From Owenia fusiformis (lineage: Eukaryota): DNA of 64,000 bases. The stretch spans positions 14,260,001-14,324,000 of the forward strand of contig CAIIXF020000001.1 of NCBI GenBank assembly GCA_903813345.2, read 5' to 3'. Positions 26,201-39,500 of this stretch are shown here, piece after piece. The notes under the pieces are model-generated. The model was not told where the DNA came from and did not search any database. It was given only the letters and a program-made list of their open reading frames with translations. A program made the translations under genes and the position numbers. Each line of letters starts with the position of its first letter. Within the stretch, counting starts at the first letter, position 1.

Positions 26201-29200
26201 TAGAGGCCCCATATGAACTTTAAACCACTTTGGCTTATATTATAGTCCTACCTAATGTTATTAAAATATACTATATGAAACATTTTAATATAATTTCAAA
26301 AAGCTGATTTTGAAGGACTTTTTGTTTCATTTTTCATGGAATGTCTTGAAAAAACAACCATGTACTCAAAAATATTTTGTTAGACATCTTGAAAAGAGTA
26401 ATGTTAACTTGACACAATTTTTGTCAGAGCTCTGAGCAGAACTGTCTTGGAATGCTTAGTATAGTGTTAATAAAAATAAGTAACAACTTCGGTGGTGACA
26501 TAATAGGGTTACTAATAGATAGAAGTAATTACCACTGTCCATATATCAACAACTTTTCCAATGCCAGTATTTTTTCCTTCGACATGCTCTTCAGTAATTT
26601 CATCATAGTCAAACGTAGGAAGACGCAGGTTCAAAAGGTAGAAGGAGTAATGGCAACTTCCCAACTCAAACAGTGGTAGGACACTGCAATTGTATTGCTG
26701 GCCGTGTGTTTTCTGGAACAAACATCAGTCAAAAATAAGTGAATTTTTCAATGGACCAATTAATAATTTCAGTATGTGTAAGAAAATAATATATATCATG
26801 GCCTACACTTCTTGACTCGAAAAATAATTAGTTAACTAAAAAAAGCCAAAAGTCTCCAAAAACCTGCTAAAAATATGTTGGATTATTAAAACATTGCAAT
26901 GGGTGTCAGGACTGAGGACTCATATAGATGGCAGTAAACTAATTTGCTAAAGTGGGTTGTTCTTCATCAAGTCCCATTGGTTTGTGTATAAATGTATAAA
27001 TCTTAAAACTTCGAATACATTACTACATAATAAATAAAATTAGTTTCACATTTTCTCATCATGGTTTTTACTATCAATGTTTTAAGTTTCAATATCATGA
27101 TGTTTTGGATATTTTCTTTGAAACTTAGAAGATTTTTGAAGCAATTTTATTACATATTATTGTATACAGTTAAACCCACTGTATTTTTGCCGTCCATTGA
27201 CAGTCTTTAAGACCATTGTACTGGTGATCAGGCTTTTCCCGACATAACACACACTGGTCAACGACAATATTTTGCATGCAATGGACAGAAGTTATAGGAA
27301 AATTAATGTATTGTACAATTGGGCTTACTAATGATTGTTCTATTGAACAGTCCAGAGTCCTGATCTCCTCAGCAGCTGCTATTAGAGTCCATGGCTCAGT
27401 ATCCTTGTTCCTTCCTCCTAGTTTCAACTCCAGGCTCACCATAGCATTTTCCTCTGTAAAATCATATTCAAAATAACAATTCACATATTATTATTAATGA
27501 CTAATAGCAGCCAGGGGGGGATTAACCCCAGAGTTCAAAGATGACCTATGCTTATAATGTAAACCTGTATTGAGATGACCTACGCCTCTGATTGCTCAAA
27601 ATTGACAAACAAAAATGGCAGCTTCAAAATTTCCAAAATACGCTTTGAATAATATTGATGTTCATCATTCTGATGTGTTAACCAATTAGCTTCTTATTAC
27701 TAATCAAGATAAAGAAAGGTGTACGGAATATGAATATCGAAGAGTAGTTATTTGAAACTAGCCAGTGAAATTTTGAAACAAACGAAGATGGAAAGCAAGA
27801 GATGGGATGATGTCTGTTAGCCCTGGGGCTTTCCCTCCTCTTAATAGTAGCTAGCTCGCTGGCGGATTGATTGAGAAAAGGCTAAATTGGTAGGGTATCA
27901 TGGGTACCAGTTGTGGGGGTGGAGCTGCTAAACTGTTATATGGTCTAACTAAGGCTGAGGTTAGTTTTTAACTAGACTGCACACAGAGTAAACCAACATA
28001 AAAAATTCCATAATGAGTAACTTACTGATCTCATTTCCCTCCTGGTACTCTATATTGATATCAAGCACTGATGTTATATGTTGGAACCAACTTGACATCT
28101 GTAGATTGTGACCATCTCGTGGTAGAGGTATCATGAAAGCAAACACCACTTGGTTATTATGGACATCAGGGCCTGAAAGATATTCAAAAGGCTAGTATAC
28201 AATATATTATTTGGGTATAATTGCTCGATAGGGTGATGTTTTGTGGTTATTGAGAAAAAATCTGGTGCGAAGAAAGGACTTACAATATTGCTAAATCTAA
28301 CCACATTGGTGGTGCTCACCAGAGTGTGAATAAACTCATTCAATCTAAATTTTTTATTTATTATTCAAGCATAAAACAAGCCCTAGACTTAGGACTTATC
28401 AAATTGCATATGACTCATTAATAACTTGCATGATTTCCATAAAGTAGTTTCCATAAATGTACATCCCATAGAAATGGGTCAAAAAACACTGACTGACTAC
28501 ATGTTTTGGGTGGCCAAAAAACAACTGTCTAAAAGTTTAAATATTTCTTTCTTTAGTTAATACATATGCACCCAACCTTATTTTCCAGTCAAATACAGAA
28601 ACTTGTGTCTATTTTGGAATTCTCCCGACTCAAACAATTTTTGGAAACTTTTTAAGAATGAGTTCTCCATGACAGTGGTAATTATGAGGTCTATGTGACC
28701 AACTCTCTGAATTAAATAATATATGAGTACAATGATCATCACAAAAATATGTGATTGTCAATAGAACCAAATATAGCTGGTAAATGAAAAACGTGACAAT
28801 CTCACCTAGCTCATCTAAGGTATTAGCAGATTCACATTTGCCCGGACCCCTGGGGGTATACCAAGTTTTCTTGTACCAGGCAGCTGATTTGGTGCGACTT
28901 TTTTCTTTACAGATAGTTCCCAGCACATTGCTGACATTAGATGGTGTTGGTGCTGAAAAATATAAGTTACTTTTGTATTCTAATTTATATGTTTTGTGGT
29001 AGAAAGAATCAAGGTGTTCCTCTGTGTAATTATATAATGCATTTCTATGACAAATATTGGGGACATGGAATTAAATATGTTTGTTTATATCTGTGATGTT
29101 AACCTTTCTTGACCTCAGTCATGTTGATCTGGGCCTCAATTTTCATATGTTTAAATAAATAGGGATATGTATTGATTGTCATCACATTTCCCCATATGTG

Positions 29201-32125
29201 AATCTGATGTACAATATATCCATCTACAGAAAGGTCAGAATAGATCTCAATTATATATTGGAAGCAATAGACTTAACTAGAGTTCGTAGCATGATAAGAA
29301 CTTAGAATGTTCTAAGTTTGTGCTAACCAATTGGCATGATTCCATGTTGATTTTAATGACTATTATTTGATGTGGTGTTGAATAGCTTGTAACTAAGATA
29401 TTAGCTGGAAGTCATCCTGACATACATCTTGTGCAAATATGCATCCTGCATCCCCTGGTTTTAATTCATACAGGTTCTCTTTTATTAACACTACCTGATG
29501 CAATCATCTTGAAGGTACATACATGCTGCACCATTCAAAAGTTTACTGGCAAGGGTGGGGAATTAAAACAAAAAATATTTTGTCCTGTCAAATTCCTTTT
29601 TCAGAGGCCAAATTAATAAGTCAATTTGGAAAACCTGGAAATTAATAAGTTTTGTTAAATATTCCCACCCCTGGGTCCTGCCCTTGAATTTGCTTACTAA
29701 AACATCTAATATCCATGTTAGTCGGCGAATGTTGAAAGATACATGTGCACATTGTGGCGTACTTTGTATCAATATTTTAATTAGGGATTACAAATAGTCA
29801 CAAGATTCCAAACGGAAAGCCAACGAAATGTGTTTGAGGTGACATTGAACTTCACAGATCTTTAGAGGAAATTTGAGAATTTAGCAATTTTGAAATTTTC
29901 AACTTTTCCTGAGAGGTTGTTTTTATTTCACGGTGTGTGTGCCCTGTTAAAACAAAGGCTATTATCTTTAACTCTAAATCAGATGAAACTTTTAAATTCA
30001 ATAACGAAGTGATTGAATGTGTTGAAGATTACAAATATCTAGGGTGTATTTTTAACAGGAATAGTAATTTTGATAAGCAAATAAGCTATCTTAAAGAAAA
30101 ATCCAGAAAAGCTCTATTTAAAATAAAGCAACAACACCATAAGTTTAATGACATTCCTATATCTGTTGCATTACATTTATTTGATTCACTTATCCAACCA
30201 ATTCTAATGTATGGTTCAGAAATATGGACAAGTAAAAAACATATTAAGACAATTGAAACTATCCATCTTTCCTTTTTGAAAAACATTCTTGGTGTGAAAA
30301 CATCAACTGCAACACTAGCAGTTTATGGAGAGCTGGGTCGTTTCCCTTTGAGTCTATGTTTTGATATTCAACTTATTAAATATTGGATAAGGCTTATAAA
30401 ATTGTGTCCAGACAACGTCCTTTATAAATCATATCATTATGATTATGAAATGCACAGTCTGGGTTTTAAAAATACATGGTCAAGTAAAGTTTATAACATT
30501 TTAAAAGATTGCAATCTTCTTTTTAACTGGAATGAACAAATTGTTGAAGATGATTTCACATTTATAAATGTTTTAACTAAGACAATGCACCAAAATTATA
30601 AGGACAAATGGAAGTGTGATTTACAATTATATCCAGTTCTGAGAACATATGTTAAATTTAAGACAACTTTTGAATTGGAGCAATATTTAAGCCTTCAAAA
30701 CAAAAATCATAGGCAATCCTTTACCCGATTAAGGTTAAGTTCTCATAAACTTCAAATAGAACTGGGTAGACATGTGAAACCACGGCCAAAACCTGAACAT
30801 GAAAGAACGTGTAACGTTTGTGGAGAAATAGACAATGAAATTCATTTCATGATAAATTGCCAAATACATCAAGAAAATAGAAAACTATTGTTTGAGAACA
30901 TCAACAGCAAAATTAAATTTGATAAATACCATCCTGAAAATGCATTCATAATGTTAATGTCCTCAAAAGATAAATATGTCCAAAAGCAAGTTGGCATTTT
31001 TATAAATAAAGCATTCAAGGTCATTGAACTTGTCTGAAGAACATTCTGGATGCATCACACTGCTTTAAGTATTATGTATAGTTAAATACATGTTAATAAC
31101 ATGTTTTTGTATATATTGTATTTGTATAATAATAGTGTAGTGTAGTGTAATGTAGTGTAGTGTAGTAAGTTTTTATTTTATTTTTGTACTGACTAATATG
31201 TCATACTATGACATTCTAAGAGTCAATAAAAGATATATATATATATCATTATAAAAACACATTAAATCTGTGCAAGTCCTTAAATAGCAATTGTTGAACA
31301 AATGAGGGAAATGTTGTACAGGAATACTTACTGTTCCTGTCAACTGCTCGGATTGTTGGTGACAAAAATTATTTTTACAGGAACATTTTTCTACATTGAG
31401 AGATTCCATCAATTCTCAAGATGGCGTTTGGATTTAAAAGGGGATTCCCCATTTGACTGGCCCGGAAGTACCAATAAATGGAGGAATTTGACGGTTGAAA
31501 TAAGTTTAATATTACACGCAAATATTGCAATCAAAAACAAAAATTCCTTCGTTCTGCCAATAAACCCAGACAATTGTGGATTCAACTACACGAAAAGAAT
31601 GCTAAAATACCAAGGAATCTATTGAAGTAGGTAGAGAAGTTTTAATCATACAAGTGCAAAAGATAGCGCACAGTCAAGGACTATAGTCCTGGAACGGGAT
31701 AAACCCTGTCCAGGGGCATAGCTACATATACGCAGAATACGCAGCTGCGTACTATTGAGAGTCAAGACCACCATAGAATATCACATAGAAACTCTCAAAA
31801 TGCGCCAAATAACTTCCAAAAATCCCAAATTTTTGGGGGAACATACCCCTTGACACCTTAGTTTTGCTCAGCCTACGGCCTCGCGTACTATCACTTCTAA
31901 TTCTGGCTACGCCCCTGCTGTCTCTTATGTTGACTTTACCCCAAACGTTGATGTTACACCAATTTGCCCTATTTGTTCAACAAAAGTAGAGAATATAGTA
32001 GTAATAAATATCAACTCACCAACAAGACCACCCACAAGGAAAAATGTCAAAAGAAGCAAACCAAGAAGCACTCCGAGTCCTATCAATTTCCTGTTGCTGA
32101 GGTTCTCTAAAATTACTCCTCCCAT
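20292..32125 (-). CDS. WLS: Wntless (Wnt secretion cargo receptor), coding exons 1-12; 3' end not found in window
   Basis: Exons with GT-AG boundaries and consistent phases: 32125-32020, 28952-28806, 28172-28026, 27453-27329, 26712-26533, 24700-24564, 24323-24283, 22622-22495, 22207-22110, 21624-21561, 20841-20698, 20442-20292. Diagnostic peptides [87 protein letters not shown]. Confidence 0.97.
20570..20710. repeat. ~20-bp minisatellite built from the WLS exon 11 donor
   Basis: About seven units of (minus strand) GAAGTATTACATG/GTGAGTT. Confidence 0.85.
20842..21560 (-). other. U12-type (minor spliceosome) GT-AG intron of WLS
   Basis: 5' site GTATCCTTTA (21560-21551); branch site CCTTAAC (20858-20852) followed by only atttcgctag, no long pyrimidine tract. 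Confidence 0.92.
22626..22965. repeat. 86-bp tandem repeat x4 abutting the WLS exon 8 acceptor
   Basis: aaataa.agcaaatgagattagttc at 22626, 22712, 22798, 22884. Confidence 0.92.
23169..24054. mobile_element. Non-autonomous hAT element
   Basis: 8-bp TSD atacaagg (23161-23168, 24055-24062); TIRs TAGAGGTGTCAA / TTGACACCACTG; subterminal GGTTAACC repeats. Confidence 0.9.
24771..26056 (+). mobile_element. HINE-like element carrying a satellite array (125-180-bp variable monomers)
   Basis: Left end acaaggcattaacatg..aaatgtcaccacct; about 8 monomers 24810-25910; gacgccg microsatellite; terminal palindrome atgtcaccacttttggtggtgacat. Short relatives at ~40380-40470 (-), 45212-45365 and 57528-57670. 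Confidence 0.75.
29937..31245 (+). mobile_element. 5'-truncated LINE (ORF2 C-terminus and 3' UTR) in WLS intron 1
   Basis: KTKAIIF...YKYLG...LMYGSEIW...[15 protein letters not shown]...[17 protein letters not shown]; 3' UTR with (GTAGT)n, AATAAA and (TA)n tail. Confidence 0.9.
31711..31917. mobile_element. MITE with CAGGGGC.TAGC TIRs and 5-bp TSD
   Basis: ctgtc|CAGGGGCATAGC...GCTACGCCCCTG|ctgtc. Confidence 0.85.
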
Positions 32126-32618
32126 GATTCAGCCGATAAAAAGTTTGTGAAAAATAATTCCTATCTTCTCAAAAAGCCGGGTTTTTGAGCACAAGCCATA
32201 AATTCATAAAATATCTTCCGAAAATTTTCAACAAAGTTTTTAATTTTTCACATGGAGGCTCATTAGAGTACAGCGACATCTATGAGTAATTTATTCATGA
32301 AAGGGGTGAAAGCATTCATAAGAAATAATGTTTCATGTTTTTTAACGATAAAGTTAGGTTCTCGATCAATTTGAATAAATAAACCAGTTATTTTATTGTA
32401 TTTATAAGAACATAGATTTGAAAATTATCTTGTCTGAATAATTTATTTTATAATCTATTTATGTTGAACACAAAATAAATAGACTCGTCTAGACTAATCT
32501 TACAATGGCGGCAGATTTGAAAATCTTGAAATTTGACAGAAGAGAATGATTGATTGTCATTTTTCCATTTTCAGCAAGAGTAAGATTCGTATATTATTGG
32601 TCGTCTAGTAAATTTCAG
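32126..32618. promoter_or_regulatory. Putative bidirectional promoter region between WLS and SYCE2, including a probable non-coding SYCE2 exon 1
   Basis: WLS ATG at 32125 (-); YY1-like AATGGCGGC at ~32504 and strong donor CAG|GTGAGT at 32618/32619 (+). Confidence 0.55.
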
Positions 32619-33526
32619 GTGAGTTATTTCTAGCATATTCTCGTGTATAATGAATGACTGAAGAGAATGGAGACAGGTTCAGTACTCGGTCAAGATCACA
32701 CCACTCCACTGTGACTGTGACCGACACTCACTGCTCATGATTTACTGAACGCAGCTGGCTCAAAAGCCTTCTGTCAGCTCGGTAGAGTAACTCATGATTG
32801 TGATTCAGAGACCTAGTCTTTAAGGCTTAGGCCAAGGATGAACTGAACAAAGTTGATACCGTGCTGAGAGTCACTGTTGGTGTGATTTCCTTCTAAAACA
32901 ATGGACTTAGATATCTACTAAGAGTGGTAAAATTAGAGTATGCAAAATGATTGTGCTGATGGTGATCAAAGTTCTAAGATCATATCAAAGTTTAATAGTG
33001 CTATGGAGAACACTGAATCTAATTTACCTTCTTCCAAAGTAATTTTTAGGCATAGTAATATGTATGCACCTAGTTTGTGATTTCTTGCTAAAATAGGGAG
33101 CTAGTTTGTGTTCATTTCTTTTTTATCTCATGATCTCATGTGAAATATTTTTTTTTGTACTGGAACTGGGTAAAGAACTGGGTAAAGATATACCTATGAA
33201 ACGAAACTCAAGTATTTTCCATTTATTTGAAAAGTTCGAGATCGATTAATGTGTTAGTCTTCGAAAAGTCCAATGTTGCTAGGCACGTAGTTTGTGATCG
33301 AAATAAACTTTGTACCTAAGTTGGCATGCAGCTTGAGTACCTTACGGTGAAGCTGCCATCTTTAGATAAAGATTTTAGTATAATAAAATAAAAATTTTTT
33401 GATGTTTTTAAATACATATTTTTTAAGAGCAGCCAATTCTCGTTACCAAAGATGTACCAGCATAATTCAGTAATTGTGTATTTATTTTGAATTTTAGTTT
33501 GTTCACTGAAAGTTTATCCTCTAAAG

Positions 33527-36500
33527 ATGGATTCTGAATATGAGTCTGCTCAACACATAGCAGCGTCATCCCCGATGGACCACTTTCATCAGAATGATCC
33601 AGATGGTCGCAAACATTCAAAGTAAGCTTTCAACGTAAACTATTCCCAATATTTGATTATTATGATAATACTCCTGTTGCTGACGGGGTCCCACTGAAAA
33701 TGTAAAAGTTATGGAATTTGACTCTTTCAACCATTAGCATATACCCTAGGCTCCAAGAATATATGAGGTGCTTGTCTCAAAAGTGGTCAGCGAATTTTTA
33801 ATTAGCTATTATAGTGGCGCCCTCTTTCCATTTTCTGACATAGGGGTGGCTTGACAAAATATTTTTTTAAAGTTGTTTCCTCTATGCCATTGGAACGATG
33901 AATGTATATTATTGAATAGAAATGTTTGAAGTATCCTCTGAATTTTTTGGGCATTTGTGTGAATAACGGTTCTAAATAATTAACCCTTTGAATACTAAAA
34001 ATTGGTTAAAAAGCGGGGCTATACTACATATCTTTACATCGTATGGGTAAAACAAAAGATTTTGATTCTCTTTTTTAATTTTATTATAAACTTGGTTTAA
34101 TAAAGGATAAAATGGCATGGTATTTGTTTTTTTCGAAAATCATTGATTTTTTCAGAAAAAATATCCAAAATTTGCCATATTTTTTTAATATTTCACTATA
34201 TTTCAAAAGCTCATGACAGGAAAGTTTTTTAAAATAATTTACAAATAGATAATGTTAATCCAACATACACAGTTATATAATGTGCTAATCTACGTAAATG
34301 TTTATGCTCTTCTCAATTGGATATATATTGATTTAGAGGTATTAACCCTTTAAACACTAATATTACTCGAATTATTTTCATGTATTATTCTATTCAAAAA
34401 TAGTATTATATTATAAATATCCAATGTTCATTTATCTTCATTTACAAATTTGCAAATGACACATACATACATTTTATATGTTTCTAGACTACTGATTATG
34501 TATTTCTATACTAGTATTTTAACCCTTAGGGCACCAATACTGATGAAAATGTTTTCATGTGTTATTGTGACAATTGTATTCAGTTGTAAACATCCAATGT
34601 ACATTAAGCTTCATTTATATTGTTTCATATATACATTTTATAATTTCTAGACTACGGATTATGTGCTTATGTACTATTTTAACCCCTTGAACACTAATTC
34701 TGATAAAATATTTTCTTGCATTATTCTAGCTATTCAAACAATTGAATTAAAAAAATCCAATGTTCATTTATCTTCATTTACAATGTTGCACATATAGATT
34801 TTATCATTTCTAGACCACTGATTATTTGTTTCTTTAATAATTTAACCCCTGGAGCACTAATGTGGATGAAATTGTTTGCATGTGTTATTTTATTGAAACA
34901 ATTGTATTCAGTTGTAAACATCCAATGTTCATTAAGCTTCGTTTACATTGTTGCATATATACATTTTATAATTTCTAGACTGCGGATCCTATGCTTTTGT
35001 ACTATTTTAGCCCTTTGAACACTAATGCAGATGAAAATGGTTTCATGTGTTATTATATTCAAACAATCATATTCAGTTGTAAACATCCAATGTCAATTTA
35101 TCTACATTTACAATGTTGCAAATATACATTTTATAATTTCTAGACTATATTGGGTGTGAACCAAATTAAGTATGACAGTTGAACGCACAGGGTGGGGTTC
35201 AATACGAGGATGTTAAAATTTGAGCAAACTGATGTTTCCATAGTTTCAGTAAGATCTAGTCTAGTTTCTAGATATTTTTATATATAATTGTCTGTAACAA
35301 CATCTTAGACAACTTTACAGTGAATTGCTTAGTCAAACCAACACAAACTCCAAATGTAGTATATGGTGAAATGTGCGTGTACATCTACCTGAGATATTGT
35401 ACAAGGCAAATTCAAGTTGTTTGTTTTGTACCTTACCATAACCGGGCATTTGTGAAGGTTGAACTATAAAATTCACAGTCAAGCTCACTGTCTAGGATGC
35501 TGTGACAGACATTTACATGTAAAAATATTTAGAAACTAGATCAGATCTTTCTGAAACTATGAAAACATCCGTTTGCTCAAATTCCATCACCCTTGTGTTT
35601 TACCATACCCTGCCCCTTTAATTGTCATGCTGAATATTGTGCACACCCTGTTGACTATGGATATTATGTTTTTGTACTATTTTAACCCTTTGAACACTAA
35701 AACAGATGAAAATGTTTTTATGTATTATTCAATTCAAATAATTGTCTTCAGTTGTAAAAATCCAATGTCCATTTTACAATGTTGTACATCTACATTTCAT
35801 AATTTGTAGACTACTGATTACATGTATGTGCTTCATTGCTTCTGTAATATTCAATGTCAAATACATTCTTTTTATTTTTAAACATGATGAAATAACCTTT
35901 TCAGCCCTCTGAAAATGTGACAGAAATATAGCTAAAAGTAGAAGCTTAGGCAAGGTCACTGAACAGAATCTTTTGATTTTTTCAGAAAATATGCCCAATA
36001 TTGTTCTTAATGATGCAATCTTTGAAAAAACTGAATTGAAAAGCAATCTATTTTCCTTTTATAACATTCTCAGCAGATTTCACAGCTTTTATTAAATTTC
36101 GTATATCCCTTGCTTCTTCATCTCTTTTACAATTTGAATTATGTGTAGATTTTGGCATATCCTGAGTCAATCTAACACCCCCTTGTGTCACTCGCACCGT
36201 GCAGTTTTTACTGTCGATAAAGAGTTCCTCCCCATTTTCTGTAATAAATTGAGGATTGACGCCTATATCTATTTTGTTAAATTCGAAATGTCCCGATTTT
36301 TCATTCAACCCCTGTTATACGCCTACCACCAGTGATTTGTCTACATGTTTTACGATATTGAACAAATATTTCACTCTATTGAGGTGAATACCTGTACATC
36401 TTTCACAAGTGATATTCCACGAAGCCCGGAGGGCAAGTGGAATATCACCTTGTAAAAGTGCTACAGGTATTCACCGAAAATAGAGTGAAATATTTGTTTT

Positions 36501-39500
36501 ATTATATCACTGTCTAGCTAAACATCCCTAATATTATTAAGTCATAGCTAGGTCATAAGTTAACATTGAAATACATATATTTTTACTCGGTTTGTATGCC
36601 ATTTTGACTTACACAAATTATTGACACTGAACGAAAACAAATTCTTCGAAAATTCCCGGGAGCGTGGGATATCGCTAGATATCTCACGGTTGTCTTATCT
36701 GATTAGCATTGCCATTGAATATCGCCAGATATCCCACGACATGTGACCCGGTTTTGACCAATCATACTGTCGCTAGCTAGATCGTGATATAATAATGTGA
36801 TTTATTACATCTTCGAAAGTGTGAATATTTGGATTCTGACAATGCCTGACACAAGTAAAATGCCCTTGTTCCATATGGTAAAGACGTGTGATCACACTGA
36901 AATAAGACAAATCGCTAAATAACTTTAAGCTTATATAATGTTCCTAAATGGTCCTCAAAAATACAGGAAATGTTGTTATTTAGTATACTTTACATTGATA
37001 ACAACACAATTATATGAGCTACGATTGCTACGTCGTTTCTATCTACTCTTAGGTATTTGTTACGTTATCACTATCACTTTGTTACGTCGAAGTATAATAA
37101 TTTGACAGAATGACTGATTTGTTAAAACAAATCTTCCAAATATACTATCTGACCGTTCTACTATCTTACCTTAAATTCTACTTTAAAGTTGCTCATAGGA
37201 AGGAAATATGCTGAAAATGCTGAATGCTGAAAATCTTACAATATGCAAAGTTACTCACCGATCAACGTGTATGCTTAATCTGTAGCCAGTTTATTAAATC
37301 ATCGGTATACTGATTAAAGTCACATTACTTGTGCTTGAAAAAATACACCAAAGGAATTATATAAAGGATTTAATAAAACCTCATAGAGATACATGTGCCA
37401 TGAGTTTTGTGCTACTGGGCATGATGTTTGAGATACGTTAAACGCCAATGAGAAAGATCTGATCTAGTTTCTAGATATTTTTTACATGTAAAATGTCTGT
37501 CACAACATCCTAGACAATGAGCTTAACTGTGAATTCTATAGTTCAACCTTCACAAATGCCCAGTTATGGTAAGGTACAAAACAAACGACTTGAATTTGCA
37601 TTGTACAACATATCAGGTAAATATACTCGCACATTTCACAGTATACTACATTTGGAGTTGGTTTAACTATGAAATTCACAATTATATATAAAAATATCTA
37701 GAAATTAGATCTTACTGAAACTATGAAAACCTCAGTTTGCTCAAATTTTAACAGCCTCGTGTTCAACCCTTCCCTGTTCGTTCAACTGTCATACTTAATT
37801 TGGTTCACACCCAATATAGTCTAGAAATTATAAAATGTATATGTGCAACATTGTAAATGAAGATAAATGGACATCAGATGTTTACAACTGAATATAATTG
37901 TTTGAATAGTGTAACACATGAAGACATTTTCATATGCACTAGTGTTCAAAGGGTTAAAATAGTACAAAAGCATAGGATCCGTAGTCTAAAATCATAAAAT
38001 GTATATATTAAGCAACAATGTAAACGAAGCTTAATGGACATTGGATGTTTACAACTGAATACACTTGTTTCAATAAAATAACACATGAAAACAATTTCAT
38101 CCATATTAGTGCTCAAAGGGTTAACATATTAAAAAAACAAATAATCAGTGTCTAGAAATAATAAAATCTATATGTGCAACATTATAAATGAAGATAAATG
38201 AACATTGGATTTTTACAACTGAATACAATTGTTTGAATAGCTAGAATAATGCAAGAAAATATTTTACCAGAATTAGTGTTCAAGGGGTTAAAATAGTACA
38301 GAAGCACATAATCCGTAGTCTAGAAATTATAAAATGTATATATGAAACAATATAAATGAAGCTTAATGGACATTGGATGTTTACAACTGAATACAATTGT
38401 CACAATAACACATGGAAACATTTTCATCAGTATTGGTGCCCTAAGGGTTAAAATAGTATAGAAGTATATAATCAGTAGTCTAGAAACATATAAAATGTAT
38501 GTATGTGTCATATGCAACTTTGTAAATGAAGATAAATGAACATTGGATATTTACAATAATTCTATCATTTGAATAGAATAATGCATGAAAACATTTCGAG
38601 TAATATTAGTGTTTAAAGGGTTAATACCTCTAAATCAATATATATCCAATTGAGAAGAGCATAAACATTTACGTAGATTAGCACATTATATAACTGTGTA
38701 TGTTGGATTAACATTATCTATTTGTAAATTATTTAAAAAAACTTTCCTGTCATGAGCTTTTGAAATATAGTGAAATATTAAAAAAATATGGCAAATTTTG
38801 GATATTTTTTCTGAAAAAATCAATGATTTTCGAAAAAACAAATACCATGCCATTTTATCCTTTATTAAACCAAGTTTATAATAAAATTAAAAAAGAGAAT
38901 CAAAATCTTTTATTTTACCCATATGATGTAAAGATATGTAGTATAGCCCCACTTTTTAACCAATTTTTAGGATTCAAAGGGTTAATTATTCAGAACCGTT
39001 ATTCACACAAATGCCCAAAAAAATCAGAGGATACTTCAGACATTTCTATTCAATAATATACATTCATCGTTCCAATGGCATAGAGGAAACAACTTTAAAA
39101 AATATTTTGTCAAGCCACCCCAATGTCAGAAAATGGAAAGAGGGCGCCACTATAATAGCTAATTAAAAATTCGCTGACCACTTTTGAGACAAGCACCTCA
39201 TATATTCTTGGAGCTTAGGGTATATGCTAATTGTTGAAAGAGTCAAATTCCATAACTTTTACATTTTCAGTGGGACCCCGTCAGCAACAGGAGTATAATA
39301 AAGGTAAAGGCCTTCTTGTATTGTTAAGTCAATATCAGCTTGGCAGGTTGTAAGTGGGCAGTGGTGTCTCATTTTTTGTCTGTCCATCTCTGGACAAAAG
39401 CTCATCTCAGTGATTGATTTAAAATTTTCAGAGATGTTTTCAGAAATTCAAGAATTGCCTAGATTTTAGTCATGCTGGGTAAATTTCAATGTTGATTTTT

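Larger units (their letters stand above)
33671..39293. mobile_element. Foldback-type element with ~1.85-kb inverted arms
   Basis: ta|CTCCTGTTGCTGACGGGGTCCCACTG ... CAGTGGGACCCCGTCAGCAACAGGAG|ta; arms ~33671-35552 and ~37451-39293 containing ~163-bp tandem subrepeats. Confidence 0.93.

Noticed and set aside
34450-39056. Paired ORFs 34450-34650 (+) and 38320-38517 (-), plus 38760-39056
   Set aside because: Mirror images from the inverted arms of the foldback element; not protein-like
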